Of a DNA stretch of 64,000 bases, positions 39,595 to 52,800 are shown one piece after another (the first letter of the stretch is position 1; each line of letters begins with the position of its first letter). The stretch spans positions 19,344,001 through 19,408,000 of the forward strand of contig NC_088862.1 in assembly GCF_963853765.1 (NCBI RefSeq), given 5' to 3'. The notes under the pieces were generated by a model. The model made no database searches, was not told the DNA's origin, and saw only the letters and a program-made list of their open reading frames with translations. This stretch comes from Magallana gigas. Its lineage: Eukaryota. Both the position numbers and the translations under genes were made by a program.

Positions 39595-39909
39595 CATAGG
39601 CGTCGGAACTGGGGGGGGGGGGGCTTTTTGCAAAAGTAGACCTTACCATTAGGCACATATCATCATAAAGGGTTCAGCCCCCCCCCCCCCCCAACTTTTT
39701 CTCGCAGGAAATATAATTGTTCCCAAATTTACCTTCGAAGAGTAAAATATTGAGAAGTTGGAGTCATGGGGCCCCCTCCCCCGGGCCCCCCCCCCCCCCC
39801 CGATTAGGATTTTCATGATTTTGGGAATTAGGTTTTTTTTTCAATATTTCTGAGGATTAGACTAGCCCCCCCCCCCCCCCCCACTTTCAATTTGCTTCCG
39901 ACGCCAGTG
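39595..39909. mobile_element. MITE with 5-bp TSD (hAT5-like, tentative)
   Basis: TIRs cataggcgtcggaa / ttccgacgccagtg; TSD AGTAA (39590-39594, 39910-39914); poly-G and poly-C tracts. Confidence 0.8.
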
Positions 39910-40563
39910 AGTAAGAGAGGAACTATATATTCCAGACCCTGATAGTCATGGACATGAGACGAACGCACTTTTTACGTGACGCTTGCAAAAAATATAAAAA
40001 GTAGAACAGTATATGGCTTTATAGTTTTAAATAAGCTTACTTCATAATTATGTTAACCAGGAGGTCCTCTACTAAAATTGTAAATTTCATGTCCCCTGGA
40101 TTATGGGTTTTTTCTCTAAGAGGGGCCAAAAATGGATGTATAGTGTTAATGCTAATAATGTTTTAAAACCATCTTCTCTTCTCCCACACATCTGTAAAGA
40201 AAACTGAATTCATAATTATAAATTCCATGTTTTCCCATAGAAGAGTACCCCTTTTCTGGATGGTAATTTTCCTCCTGATATCGTTGTCGTATCGGTCGAA
40301 AATTTAGTTAGTTCAAAACACAGTTCAAAATTAAACAGTTAGTTTTCCTGCAGTAATCAAGCGTCGTTTCATGTCCTTGTATCCATGTTCAAGGTATCCA
40401 CCCCCCCCCCCCACCCTTAAAAAAATCCAACACTTTCAGAAAAATATTTGGTGCCATAGATTGATTTCATGTTTAAAATATGTTTTACTATTTGAATTAA
40501 GAAATGGTTTCGTTTCATGTTAAAGCCCTTAACTTTGTCCGACCGCGAATAAATATATATAGG

Positions 40564-40656
40564 ATCTCTCATGATTTGCGTATTTTCTATCCCCGAGCCT
40601 TGGCGAGGGGATAGAAAACACACAACTAGTTGGTACCATCCCAAATCATGAGAGAT
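40564..40656. mobile_element. Palindromic mini-element with nested stems
   Basis: atctctcatgatttg (40564-40578) / caaatcatgagagat (40642-40656); inner ttttctatcccc / ggggatagaaaa around gagccttggcga. Confidence 0.7.
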
Positions 40657-41027
40657 TCTTTTTATCACATGTTTTACCACAAGTTAAACCTCAATCTTCT
40701 GTTAAACCTCAATCTTTCTGTAAACATTATTAATAATTTTGAGCCGCACAACACATTCACTACAAGGCGTCAACAACTTTACGCAAGGAAAAAAGTTCCT
40801 TGAAGATAAACAACATTTCATTTTGTGGTATATTTTTATCAATTTTTTATCAATAGTAAAAAAAAACCCCTGAAACAGCATGAAATGCTGCACATTTATA
40901 ACTCTACGCTTTTCAACTGAATTATTTTGATACTTTTTCATTCTACGTCAATAATCAACCTAAAGGTACGTAATGTTTAATTATGACGTCACGTGGATAA
41001 ATATCAAAAATGTATCCCATGAGTGAT

Positions 41028-41239
41028 NNNNNNNNNNNNNNNNNNNNNNNNNNNNNNNNNNNNNNNNNNNNNNNNNNNNNNNNNNNNNNNNNNNNNNNNN
41101 NNNNNNNNNNNNNNNNNNNNNNNNNNNNNNNNNNNNNNNNNNNNNNNNNNNNNNNNNNNNNNNNNNNNNNNNNNNNNNNNNNNNNNNNNNNNNNNNNNNN
41201 NNNNNNNNNNNNNNNNNNNNNNNNNNNNNNNNNNNNNNN
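41028..41239. other. Assembly gap (N run) between the two GPCR first exons
   Basis: 212 consecutive N. Confidence 1.
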
Positions 41240-42495
41240 TTAAAACACATAATAATAACCCTCGATGAAACCTCTCTTTCAATGAATGGACCAGAACCAC
41301 CCGTTTAATCAGACAGGGAACCATTTCCTGTAACTAAATGAGACAAAGCAGAGATTTCTTTGATAAGGAAGCAATCAATCCAGTTTATTGCCCTGCCCTT
41401 TTATGAAAAATGAAACTATGCATGAAAAGCGATACTGTAAATTCATGCACGTTTAATTTATGTACTATTATCAAACTTCAAACCCCCGAGACAGAAGAAC
41501 ACCGATCTATTCGACGCTATTTAACCTTTATTACAAGACATCGATTACGTTAATGACTTCTAATGTAGAATGATTCTAATATAATATCGTTCATTTAATT
41601 CATACAATGGAATTGTGGGGTGTATGAAATAGATGCGTCCCGCCATAGTTATGACATGATCGATTATTGAATCTTAGAGTTGTAGGATCTGCCATTATGA
41701 AATTTAAAAACTTCAGTTTTTTTAGACAATGATACCTGGACATACCAATATCTCGTAAGAATCCTGCTTGACAAACAACTGATCGATTGAAATTGATATT
41801 AGATTTATGAGAAAAAAGCTTAATCTCGCACTTATATACTTTTGTTCTTTTTGGAGTATAAAAGCAAGGTTACAAAAATTACATTCAAATCACTCAAAAA
41901 AAAATTTAATGTACCGAAAACTGTTTTGAATTCTGTAAACGATAAAAGATAAAAAACAGGTTACCTATATTTATAGAAAACTGTATACTTTTTTATATAC
42001 AGAGATAAAATCGGTTTAAACTTGCCTTGGGTTTAGGCCATTCCAAGTTTTTACCTATGTTTAACGTCTGCGGACAGATTGGTTTCGAGATGTGAAAATA
42101 AAAAAACCCACACACACACAATGCTTGTTCATAAATTAGATCGCTTTTTCATATGTCGGGCTCGGGATTGCATTTTTAAATCGGGATCGGAAATCAAAAA
42201 TTAATTATAACAACTTTTGATGGAAACGATAATGGTTATTTCTTGTGTTTGTATTTTTGTTACAAGATGAAGAAATTACTTCAAAATGTAATATGTTTTA
42301 CGGTGCTACCGTTTTGGCGAGCGCAGCAAGAATTACACATACCTTGCATCAACTTATTGTCATAAGTTGTCAACTTATAGTTTTATTTAGGTATCAATGA
42401 ACGTCAAAGAATTTTTGAGAGAGTATTGCTCTACAATAAGTATGCCAAAGGTACTAATTTTAATGGTTATGATACATACAGCGCAACCTCCTACC

Positions 42496-42497
<2 letters not shown>

Positions 42498-42559
<62 letters not shown>
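42498..42559. repeat. (GA)n microsatellite
   Basis: About 31 GA units. Confidence 0.98.
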
Positions 42560-42565
<6 letters not shown>

Positions 42566-44468
42566 CCTGTTTGTAGGTGTGTAATTTCCCACTTTTAAAT
42601 TTAATAGTCTGACTATATGCAATATCTACATAATTGTTTTTACCTGTTTATTGTTTCATTTTATTCCTTTTTATTTAGTTCAAAATGTCCTATTGTTTAT
42701 TTCCTCCCTACTCATATACTTACCTGCCTACTGTATACATGCATGCACAATTAGCTTAAAAATGGATCGATATGACAGTAAAGTATGCCTCTTGCTAGTA
42801 TATATATCAATTTCAATTCAATTTAAATTTAAAATCTCTATATTAAAAAAAGATTAAAAACAAATCATATGTTAATGAGACAGGTATCGCAGTCTATACT
42901 GCAATAGCCAGTACACTCATTACAGATGTTTGATCCACCTCTAAATTTATCGCGGGAAATATAGCGCGAGTGCATTGTGACGTCATCCATGATTTTGTTC
43001 GTCTTTGTTTACGTTTCTCGACTCAATACGAAGGTATGGAAGCATGTAACAAATCTTTTGAGTCTCGCCAAAGTATATGCGGTACTCAAAACGTGTCTTC
43101 AAACTTTAAGTCACCGTAAATTACGAGTTACAAGTCAGCCATTAATGGTAACACGTATATATAAGAAAATCAGTGAAAAATGAAAGTTGAATCAGGGGTA
43201 CTAAGGCCAAACAAATTTTCTTCCAGCCCTGGGCGGCGCCATATTGGCAGCCATTTTGTTTTTTAAAAGTTAGTTCGATAACTGATTGACTGGTACATAT
43301 CAATGTTTATTGGAGCTAAACTCAATTAAAATTTTCCAATGTTTCAATAGAAGGTAATTTGAATTAAAAGAAATAAAAGAGGACACCAGATAAGTTTCAA
43401 TAGTTTCAAGAAACACGACTAGTTCTATGTATGTCTTATCAAATTATCAGATGGAAAATAAAAACATTAATATCAAGGAACTGATCTTTTAGATACTGAA
43501 TAAAGTATTCAATTTTATTACCGCAGCATTTATATGAATTAAATTGATAAACAATGAAAGAAGAAATAAAAAAGTTCGGAATAACGTAACTCGATCTTCG
43601 GCTATTTCCGAAGACAAAACGTGTACGTTTTACGTCTGTAACATGACGTCATAATGTTGACTGAGCACGCGACGTTTGGTTTAACTTTGGCTGATGATTT
43701 GAGTAGGCAACCAGGCGGATCCTACTGTGTACGTTTCAAATAAATTTAGTTCTATAAAAATCAAACTCCACTGTGTTAAATCTGCGCTCGGTCCAACGGT
43801 CACATCGTTTACATATTATTAGATTTAAATTATGAAATTCATGACCCTCGGGTAGGGTTTCAGAAGCTTGGGTGGAGCCGATAAAACCAGATATAACTTT
43901 TTATCCTACTCAATTTGTGCTTTCAGTATAAGGGAGTAAACAAATGCATTGTTATTGTGTTTATCATGTCCTCGTCTGAATTGTCAAATTCACATAAAAC
44001 TGCTTTTTTGGGGGAGGGGGGCCACATAGTGAACATATTTTATAGGTCACTTGAGGCGGTCGAGTAACTTATTGCTGTTGGGAGCTAAAAAAGCGGGGTT
44101 ATAGTTCGAGGAGTCTTGGATTATGGTTTAATAATGAATTAATAAGAAGACTCTATAATGAAGCTTAAAATGCAAACATGAGACTCCTATAACAAATTTC
44201 AGGCAAAGATTCCAGTTGATGTGGCACTTTAAGATAAATCCAAGATGGCAGCGATGTGTACCTTGTGTGTAATTAAGTTTGGTTATATATTTTTACTAAT
44301 GAGAAAAATATATAACAATTCTGAGTTTCGTATTCGCCGCATTTTGGGGGAAAAAAACCACAAGTGGTATCTACTTATTTTGTGCCTTCATGCGGAAGGT
44401 GAAAGCTCTTATAATTAGCGTTCGAATTTTTCACACCTTATTTCAAAGAAAACGAAAATTGTCTAGCT

Positions 44469-45031
44469 TTATTAGTCCCCTACCGGTTTTCACCGGAGGG
44501 GACTATAGCTTTTCTCTGCGTCCGTCCGTCTGTCCGTCTGTCTGTCCCATTTCAGTTTTCCACACTTTTTTCTTTATGCGTTTGAGGAATAATATGAAAT
44601 TTGCTGAACAGCTTCAAAATGTCAAACTACAGATCAAGTTTACACTTTTGTAGCGTCTGGTTGACATATTTTCGAGAAAATTAATTTTTAATATTCCAAT
44701 TTTTTAATGTTCGGGTTCGTTATCGGGCTCGGTGTGTATCAAATAAACGAGGAAAGTATGTAGCTAGTAATAATATCGTGCATTACTTGGACCATTCCTT
44801 TTATTGTTTCTAACAAACAAATAAGTTCTGTAAAATAGTGTCAAGCATTGTGTTGTAAATTTAATCGACAGGGTTTTTTGTATCATTACAATCGGGTTCT
44901 TTATCGGATTGGTCTGTTGAGACGGTAAGAAATGGAAATAATATTCTGCATAACAGTGCATTGTTTTCACAAATTTCTACAAACCGGTAGGGGACGTGTA
45001 TTGCTTATGCAATACTCTCAGAATGCTTGTT
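44469..45031 (+). mobile_element. Complete HINE/DINE-1-like non-autonomous Helentron, copy 2
   Basis: Near-identical to 17512-18101 over the 5' ~350 bp and the 3' ~55 bp; different interior. Confidence 0.85.
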
Positions 45032-46249
45032 TTTATAAACATTATTATGATATTGTAGTAGTTATAATAATATTGAAAGCTAACGAAAATATCTACTGCG
45101 GAAATTGCGTACATGTACATGTACTAGTTTATTCATCACTTTCTTTGTAATTTGTAAATCTAGCTTACTGTATACCAACGTTGATTGAAAACAATGTTAT
45201 TGACAATAATCCTTCCAACTACGACCAGCTATTGGTAGCTTAAAGCTGCGTGCATGGAATATTGTGCATTATAAACCTTATTCAAAGAAATCGTTATTTC
45301 AGTCGAAAGTGTTATGTTTAGCAATTGTGAGGCTCTCATTCACTTTACACTGACCAGAAATTTTCTGATAAAAATCTATTTCGTCGGCACATAAAACTTG
45401 TTTCAATTTTCAATGCGACGGAATTGAAATTAATTTGTAACATGGGAGGTTTATTTTCTTTGGCTTGTTCGTTCCAGGCAGCATTTGCATTTCAATTCAT
45501 CATTACAGAGAATTTGGTTTTCTGCTCTTGTCTAATGTAAGGACATTTTAGTGGAATACTGACAGTATACTTCTTATCTTCAGCCATTAACTCAACGAAT
45601 ACGCCGAAATCAAAGCATATTGTTCCGAGTCCGCGTATTATCTCAATATCTTAACCTCGATTAAGCACTATATGTTTTTCACAAAAGGTGATCAATCTGA
45701 TTTTGTGAACTTTTACATGTAAATGAAAATTAAACCAGCATAAAGGAACAAAACGCAACGCACAACGAGATGTCTCTTTGATTACTTGAAGGTTACCCAA
45801 TTTCAATATTAATTTTGAAAAATCTGTATGAATTTTTTAACCGGACAATAGATCAGATCTTTGACGTCACGATGATGACCGCGCCATATGGTTTGACAGC
45901 TACATTAGTATACACACTAACACACGGTTATATTTACAAGTTTAAATCTGACTTTCTCAAATGAAAATATAAGGAAAAAATCCAAAAATGCACACTGAAA
46001 TATGAACGTAGTTGGTACGGGATCGAATCTTCTAAGAAGTTCACAGGATTTGATCACGTGATCAAGCAATTCTTTAAGAACTTTTAACTTGCTATTTGTT
46101 TTTTAAATAAAACTCTTAAAAAGTAAGCTTTTGATTATGAAGTTGAAATGAGTAAAATTCCTGAAAAGGTCACAAGTATTTCGAAGAGAAGGTCACCTTT
46201 AAAAAAATTGCTGATGCGATTGCGATATAACGAGAAAAAAAGATTCTCA

Positions 46250-47160
46250 TCATTCAGATAGGTCGAGTTCTTTGGTTACAGTAGCTAAGTCATAAGTAAA
46301 AATCGAGAAGAGGGTGGGTGATCTTCTTGTCGAACACCAGTAGCACAGTTGACCAATTTGTAAGGTAGCCACGATAGATATACATGATTCTGTGTCAGTA
46401 TAAAGACTGGCTATAGTGTTGTACATATATCCATCTATACCACTAAGCTGAAGTTTGTATCGAAGGAGGTTGCGGTCCACAAAGTGTACAAATGTAGATG
46501 TACAGTTCTGAATTAAACTATTTAATGTAAATCATGATCTACATACATATATGACCTATCCTCTCTGAAGCCATTCTGTATATCCACTATGACGTTGTTT
46601 TCCTCTAGAAAAAATGTATTCTGTTATTTAGTACACAACTGGCCACCATAAACAATAGGCCAATTCCTCTATAGTTTAATGGTATTCTTGGATCTAACTG
46701 CTGTGTCCTTGGGAATGGGGTAAATAAGTGCTTTCCTCAACGGTTGTGGTACTTTTCCTGTTTGAAACCACAACTGAAATAATTTCTGTTGTACGGTTAT
46801 GGTTTCATAGTTCTTGCTGTCTTCATATTAATACATCTGGTCAAACCCAGGTGCCTTTCCTTCTTTTGAATTTAATACGACAGGAGCAACTTCCTCCCTA
46901 GTAATAATCTTGTTAGGTAATCTATTTGGTATGTATGAGGATCAACTTTCTCCCTAGTAATAATCTTGTTAAGTAATCTGTTTGGTATGTATAGGGACAT
47001 CGTCATGTTATCTTCAAGAGATTGTTTATGTTGTACATGTAAGCATTCATTATAGAAGTCTTATTCAAAGTTCGTGTTCGCTTTTTTCAGTTCCTCCCAG
47101 AATTTTCGTGGATCACTAGTTGAGACATTTTCAATGTTGAGTGCAAGATCCTTTTTGAAC
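46250..47160 (-). mobile_element. Degenerate non-LTR retrotransposon RT fragment (CR1/L2-like)
   Basis: DPRKFWEELKK; ITREEVAPVVLNSKEGKAPGFD; LFQLWFQTGKVPQ..RKALIYPIPK; EENNVIVDIQNGFREDRS; DRNLLRYKLQLSGIDG...SPTLFSIFTYDL, with stops and frameshifts. Confidence 0.88.
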
Positions 47161-47299
47161 TAAGGCTAAAAAATCTTAAGTGCCTATCAAAGAGTTTCTG
47201 ATCCGAGAGAAATGCAATTTGTTGAATGGTTTTTTTTAGCCTTTAGAAACAGTTTCTTAATCCCGCATAGTTTTCCATAAAGTTGAAAGTTGATCGATA

Positions 47300-47895
47300 T
47301 CATTCCAATAGGGTTTACTTGAAATTTTACAAAGGTATATACCAAAACAATTCTCAAAAACAGTTTGACTAGAAACTTGTGTGGAAGCACCATCAGCGTA
47401 GATTGGAGTTAGATCAAATCATGTTCCGTGGAGAAAGGTTATGGCTACTAGGGGGTTGAATTTTTACGTAGTTATAAATAAAGATAGAAGCTGTAACTCA
47501 AAATTTTCTTCTCAAAATCCACTTGAATTGAAATGCTGAAACTTGGGTGGAAGCATCCTCAGGTAGTGATGTTTCAGGTTTGTACAAAAATTATCCATAG
47601 AGATAGAATGGGGTTGAACTTATAAAGAGTAATATATAGGGGAAACATTTTTTAAAATCTTTCTAAAAACCGTCATATTAGAAATGAGGAAACTTTTGTA
47701 GAAGCACTCAGGTAGTTTAGATTTTTTTTAAATTCATGATTCCCAGGGGTAGTGTGGGTCCACAATAGAGAGCTGAATATTAAAACAGTAGTATACAGAG
47801 AAATCAATTTTAAAAATCAATTGACCAGAGAAGCTGAAACTTGTTTAAAAGCACCCTCATCAGATAGTTTATATTCAAGTTTGTTCAAATAATGA
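47300..47895. repeat. Degenerate ~165-bp satellite-like array, about 4 units
   Basis: Recurrent (gctg/gagg)aaactt..gtggaagca..ctcaggtag...gggg..gaa units. Confidence 0.6.
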
Positions 47896-48009
47896 TTGAG
47901 CAAATTCCGGCTAAACGTGAATAACTCGCTGACAATATAGACAATAAGGCTCAACTACATTACCACCATGTCCATGCCTATGCCATTGCATAAGATCAAA
48001 TTCTTAATG

Positions 48010-48358
48010 AATCAAAAGTGTGTTTTAAGGGACTTGGTGAGTTGAAGGGGAAGTGTTATATCAAACTTGACCCTAGAGTGAAACCAGTTCAACGACATCC
48101 CAGAAGAGTGCCACAAGCTCATCATGGGGATATTGGATAGATAATGTGGCAAGTGTCAAAACGTCTGATAAGTTGAGACTATGCATTGATCTGAACTCAG
48201 CTGTTGAAACATCACAGTACCAGATGCCGACCGATGACGATATGATATCCTACCTAAATTCTCAAATACCAGAAGGTACCAAATACCTAAAGGTCGTGAA
48301 AAAAGGTTACTACTATGTAAAACTGAAAGAAGAATCTAGTATATTTACCATATTTTGA
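48010..48358 (+). mobile_element. Gypsy/Ty3 LTR retrotransposon pol fragment (RT N-terminus)
   Basis: FKGLGELKGKCYIKLDPRVKPVQRHPRRVPQA followed by KLRLCIDL..NSAV..QYQMPTDDDMI...KGYYYVKLKEESSIFTIF. Confidence 0.85.
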
Positions 48359-48504
48359 ACTCAAAGAAACTCGGTCGTTGTGAGCTATTGACGATAAATT
48401 TCAAATGGTATCAAAGAAGGTTTTATAGTACAATTTCTACTTAGTCATGGTAGTGTTTCACACTGTTCTGTGGACACTCGCCTATAATTGAAATACCACA
48501 CTAT

Positions 48505-49030
48505 TGACAAGGAACAGTAAACGCAAATAAGTAAACTTAAAAAGGAAACTAAAGAAATGTCAGAGGTAAGCAAATCGTTCGCATAAACTTATGGACGCAG
48601 AACTGTAAAGAGAAATGAATAGACGGTGCAATAAAATACTAGTAACAGAGACATTTAATAGAAAATTAGAAAAAAAATAATGACAAAAGATCGATTTTCT
48701 TACACAAAATGAGCATAAGCTGGCGGAAAACTGATGTCTAGTAACAAAGAACTTAGAGAGACCAAAACAAAATGTAGAGGAAATGAACGCGTATCTATAG
48801 AGGCTTTTCCATCGGGAAACTAAAACGAACAAAACTCAAGAAAACACAATTTTAAAATCATTGAAATACCAGAGGAAGTCAATGAAAACATGTGATGGGA
48901 GATTATCAAAGAGTTTTTAAAAGACAAACTACAAGTCCAGGTAGATGACAGGGTCCCTGGAGTGATGATTAAACCAAGATCATTATCAACACCAAAACAA
49001 ATGATAAGGAAAGCTAAGACTCGCGGATGG
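48505..49030 (+). mobile_element. Decayed LINE ORF1-like (coiled coil plus Tnp_22/RRM-like) fragment
   Basis: A-rich coiled-coil-like stretch, then EQNSRKHNFKIIEIPEEVNEN..EIIKEFLKDKLQV...KPR, resembling the LEQYSRxNNxxIxGIPE motif. Confidence 0.6.
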
Positions 49031-49929
49031 GGCCAATCCGTTACCAAACTGACTCGTACCCAAACAGACTTGTATCCAAATTGTCGATTAAAAATATCAA
49101 TTATAATATCATGCCTGCCTTCAAAGAGTGAGAAGAATTTATAAATTCGTCAATCTAATTAATCGGATTTTTTTTTAAAGAAAGATTGCATGTAAACAGA
49201 AATTTACTATCAAATGTTGATATAGGGACCTCTTTGGCAAACTTATTGAAATGGCATGATTATATTATCAAAAATTCTACATTCATTTATCTCATTTCTT
49301 AATTATTGTAATTATATCAAAACCTAACCTTAACAGATTATCTTTTACATTTACAACCCAAGGATCATTGTTTACCACCGGACCAATGAATTATTAGTCG
49401 GTTTGAGTACGAGTTGGTTTGGGTACGACTTCACTTGTCGTACCCAAAAAGAGAAAGCTTGCAATGCACACTTGAGACTCCTTTACAGCCCTACGTACCA
49501 TGATCCTTACTGCTACTCAGGTGACTCTCAAGGCTTTGGGCCTCATGTTTAAAATTTACTCAATAATTGTGCACTTTTCATTTCATAAATTTGATCTTTA
49601 AAGATTTCAATGAAAATACCTCAGAATTATTTTTTTTCAAATTCGATCTACTGAAGACAAAATTTAGTAACGTACCTAAATATGACTTCATAATGTAGAC
49701 TGAGATTGTGACCTTAATCGTGTTAACGTTTGCATTCTGACTAACATAGTAGGAAGGCCAGATTGTGCATGATTTAAACAAGTGAACTGTTTCCGTAACG
49801 CTAATCATTGCCTACAATAACATGTTACACCGTTTACATATTAAATTATATTAGAAAACTGTAAAGAACACTAGGCGAGAGACATTCAATGTGCTTGTTT
49901 AAGAATCGAATCATTGTTAGGGCGGCCTA

Positions 49930-50235
49930 AAGTGATTAGTCTGTTTGTCCGTCTGCCTGTCTGTCCGTCCGAGATCACCTGTCCGGACATATTTTCTCTC
50001 CCCTTGGCCCAGTCTGGCTCTCATACGTCACTGTGCCTTTGAGTAAAGAGTAAGCAGTGACCATGAACCACGTTTCTGGGTCATAGCAGAATTATCAGAA
50101 AAGTCCTTGTCCGGATCATATATATTATCTCACCTTGGTCCAGTCTGGCTCATACTTCACACACAGGGTGCCTATGGTCAAATGGTGTGCAGTGACATTG
50201 AATGACGTCTCTAGGTCAAGAGTCAAGGTCAAAAC
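49930..50235 (+). mobile_element. HINE-like element of the same family as 5322-5660
   Basis: gtccgtctgcctgtctgtccgtccgagatc start and two cccttgg.ccagtctggctcatac...gcagtgac..tgaa units. Confidence 0.65.
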
Positions 50236-51861
50236 CTTTTTCAGAGTTGATTTTCATTCACCAATGCAGGTGGGTTTTAAAAAACAGTATTAAGAATGAG
50301 AAGAAATAAAATCTATAAAAATTCGAATATCCATTCCATCCTTTCCCTTTGAAAAATCTGTTAAAATAGGATTATAATGAAATGTGTCGGAGAAAATATT
50401 TTGCCGAAAGAGATGGGTTTTAGATAATACTCTGGTTTGTTATTAGAATATTGTTTTTGTTTTTGGTTGGTTTTTTTTTTTTTTTTTTTTTGGTGTTTTT
50501 TATGTCATGTGGGAGTAACAACAAAAGGCTTTTCGAAGGGTCAACATAATACTGGGTAAAACATGAAAACTAAATTATCTGTCATTCTACGACCATTTTC
50601 GTGTTATTTTTGATATTATGCAACAATTTGTATCTATTTTAATTGATAGGAACTGTGAAACAGTGAACTATGAATCATTTCTTGCTCTAATTGACAAGAG
50701 ATCCTAAAAGTGTAGATTGATGACAAACGTCAAGATTAAATGCATGCAATTATTGTCTAATCAAACAATCAAGAGGCTAAGCATTTAAAAGTGTACAAAT
50801 AAGTTTATCTCTGGGAATTTCCCAATTCGTTGCGTATTACGTCATCAATTCTACTGATATTTTTTTTCTTTTCATGACAATGGCCTGTAACGATTTCTGC
50901 TGATTTTTTAAAACATTTATTAAGGTATATCCAGACGCAAGCATAATTTGTTTACCAAAATTGGGCTCTGTCTTTAAATACTCTCATTCAAAAATAGGTA
51001 ACTTTATAACATTCAAACTTTGGCTTAGTGCACATGCGAAATAAGTAAATAAATACTAAAAACATTAACCTCATTTCAATTCAAATCTAACTCTAAGTTT
51101 TTCAATATGCAAGATGATTTTGCAACAAAAACATGAAACGTTGCCAAATTGTTCCACAATGTAACATAATCGTGTTATCAGAACACTTTCAGTGTTTCTT
51201 AAAACTATGTATGTTAAAGAGACAAAAGGATACACAAATTAAAGGTACTTATTTACCCAAACCATCTATTTTTTAACAAAATTTCAACAATTTAATTGTC
51301 ATATGAAAATATTAACTTTAAAAAAAAACACGATATTATTAAGTGTGTATGGAAATAAGGTTAAACAGTCCAAAACTAGCGCAAGTTGTTGGGCACTATA
51401 AATTGCAAGATTTTACCACGCACGGAATTGTCGCTCCCAGGTCCTCCATCCGAGTTTTTTTTTCAGACGGGAGCTACAGACCTGCAGCTATATTTCAATA
51501 TTTAAAGTTTTAATTTAAGAACTAATTTCTGTGTTCAAATTATTTAAATGCCTTTAAATATCAGTCAATACACAACTTTTAGAAACAGAACTAAGAAGGA
51601 TAAAACATTTGTTTGGCGGACAACTTTATATCAACAAATAAAATAATGAACTTTCTATGTCTAATACAACACGTACTCGTTCGCGTTCAAAGGCTTACAT
51701 CGACTAACATTAATTTTTTTAGAGGAAACTATAGGTAGAAAGCAGTGAACTACGTAGTTGTAAAGAGTAACTTGTAAAGATACAATTTTCTTTACTTATT
51801 CACTCTTACTATCTTTAAGTACTAACATAACTGCACACGTTCAATCTTAGAAAAGCAACCA

Positions 51862-52800
51862 CAGGAGTGTCGGGAGGTATTTCATATTGGGGCGGCGAGA
51901 TTGATCGATTGGGGGGGGGGGGGGGGGGTGACATGGATTTGAAGGTATTCTACGTAATCATCTATGTCTAATGATTCTTTAATTAATAAAGTATATTGTC
52001 ACTTGTTTAATGGCACTATGAGAAACAATTTTAAACCAAATTGTGCTTAATGTTTGTGTATTTACGTTTGACGACATAAAAGATAACGCGACTCACATTT
52101 AAATTAGTTATAGAGAATATAAGCATCACTTTTTATTCAACTTATCAGTATCTCTGGCACTTAGAAAACGTCCAGAAATGGATAGGCCTATCTGCAAATC
52201 ACGTGCTGCATGTCGGTGAATGTGCAAGATCAGGTAATCTTTAATCCTCTTTTGAGTCATAGTAAAACAAAGATCTTCAAAATTCGTTTTGATAATAAGA
52301 TCGTACATTATGTACATTAACAAGAAAGCTATGATTTGTGATATTAGCCTTTTCAAATTGTATCGTAGCTATAGCCATTGGTCGTAATTTTTTTTGCCGA
52401 AAGAACGCTTTGGAAACATGAAATACACAGGGTGATTATTATACATGTTAATATCTCTAGTTTTTAATTTGGCATCATTTTATATATCAGTAATTGTAAA
52501 AAGTTGTTAAAGATATTTTAACTATAGTTTGTGTATTTTGCACTTTTTACATATCATCAAAGATAGAGAAAAATGTAATCTTTATAGTTAATTTACACGG
52601 AAATAGGTACATAATATACCCCTTTTTGGCTGTGAAAACAGAGTTCACACTTCGCCGCTCTATTGAACACAGATCGCCGTTATCATTGCCGCTCAAATAA
52701 ACATAGATTGCCGAAATTCAATTTTAATCTATTTTTAAAAAAAAATCTTTTTTTTGGCAAAATCATTGGGGCGAAGGACGCCTCTGTTCCGACGCCCTTG
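51862..52800. mobile_element. 939-bp non-autonomous element with 5-bp TSD (hAT5-like, tentative)
   Basis: Ends caggagtgtcggga / ttccgacgcccttg; TSD AACCA (51857-51861, 52801-52805); poly-G near the left end. Confidence 0.65.

Noticed and set aside
40981-41324. ORFs of 77-106 aa
   Set aside because: Artefacts of the N gap.
17110-51929. Many poly-G/poly-C runs as G-quadruplex regulatory elements
   Set aside because: Most lie inside MITEs, and homopolymer lengths are unreliable in assemblies.
17269-52800. RAG-like/Transib origin for the 5-bp-TSD elements
   Set aside because: The TIRs lack RSS-like CACAGTG/CACTATG heptamers and no RAG1/Transib coding remnant is visible.
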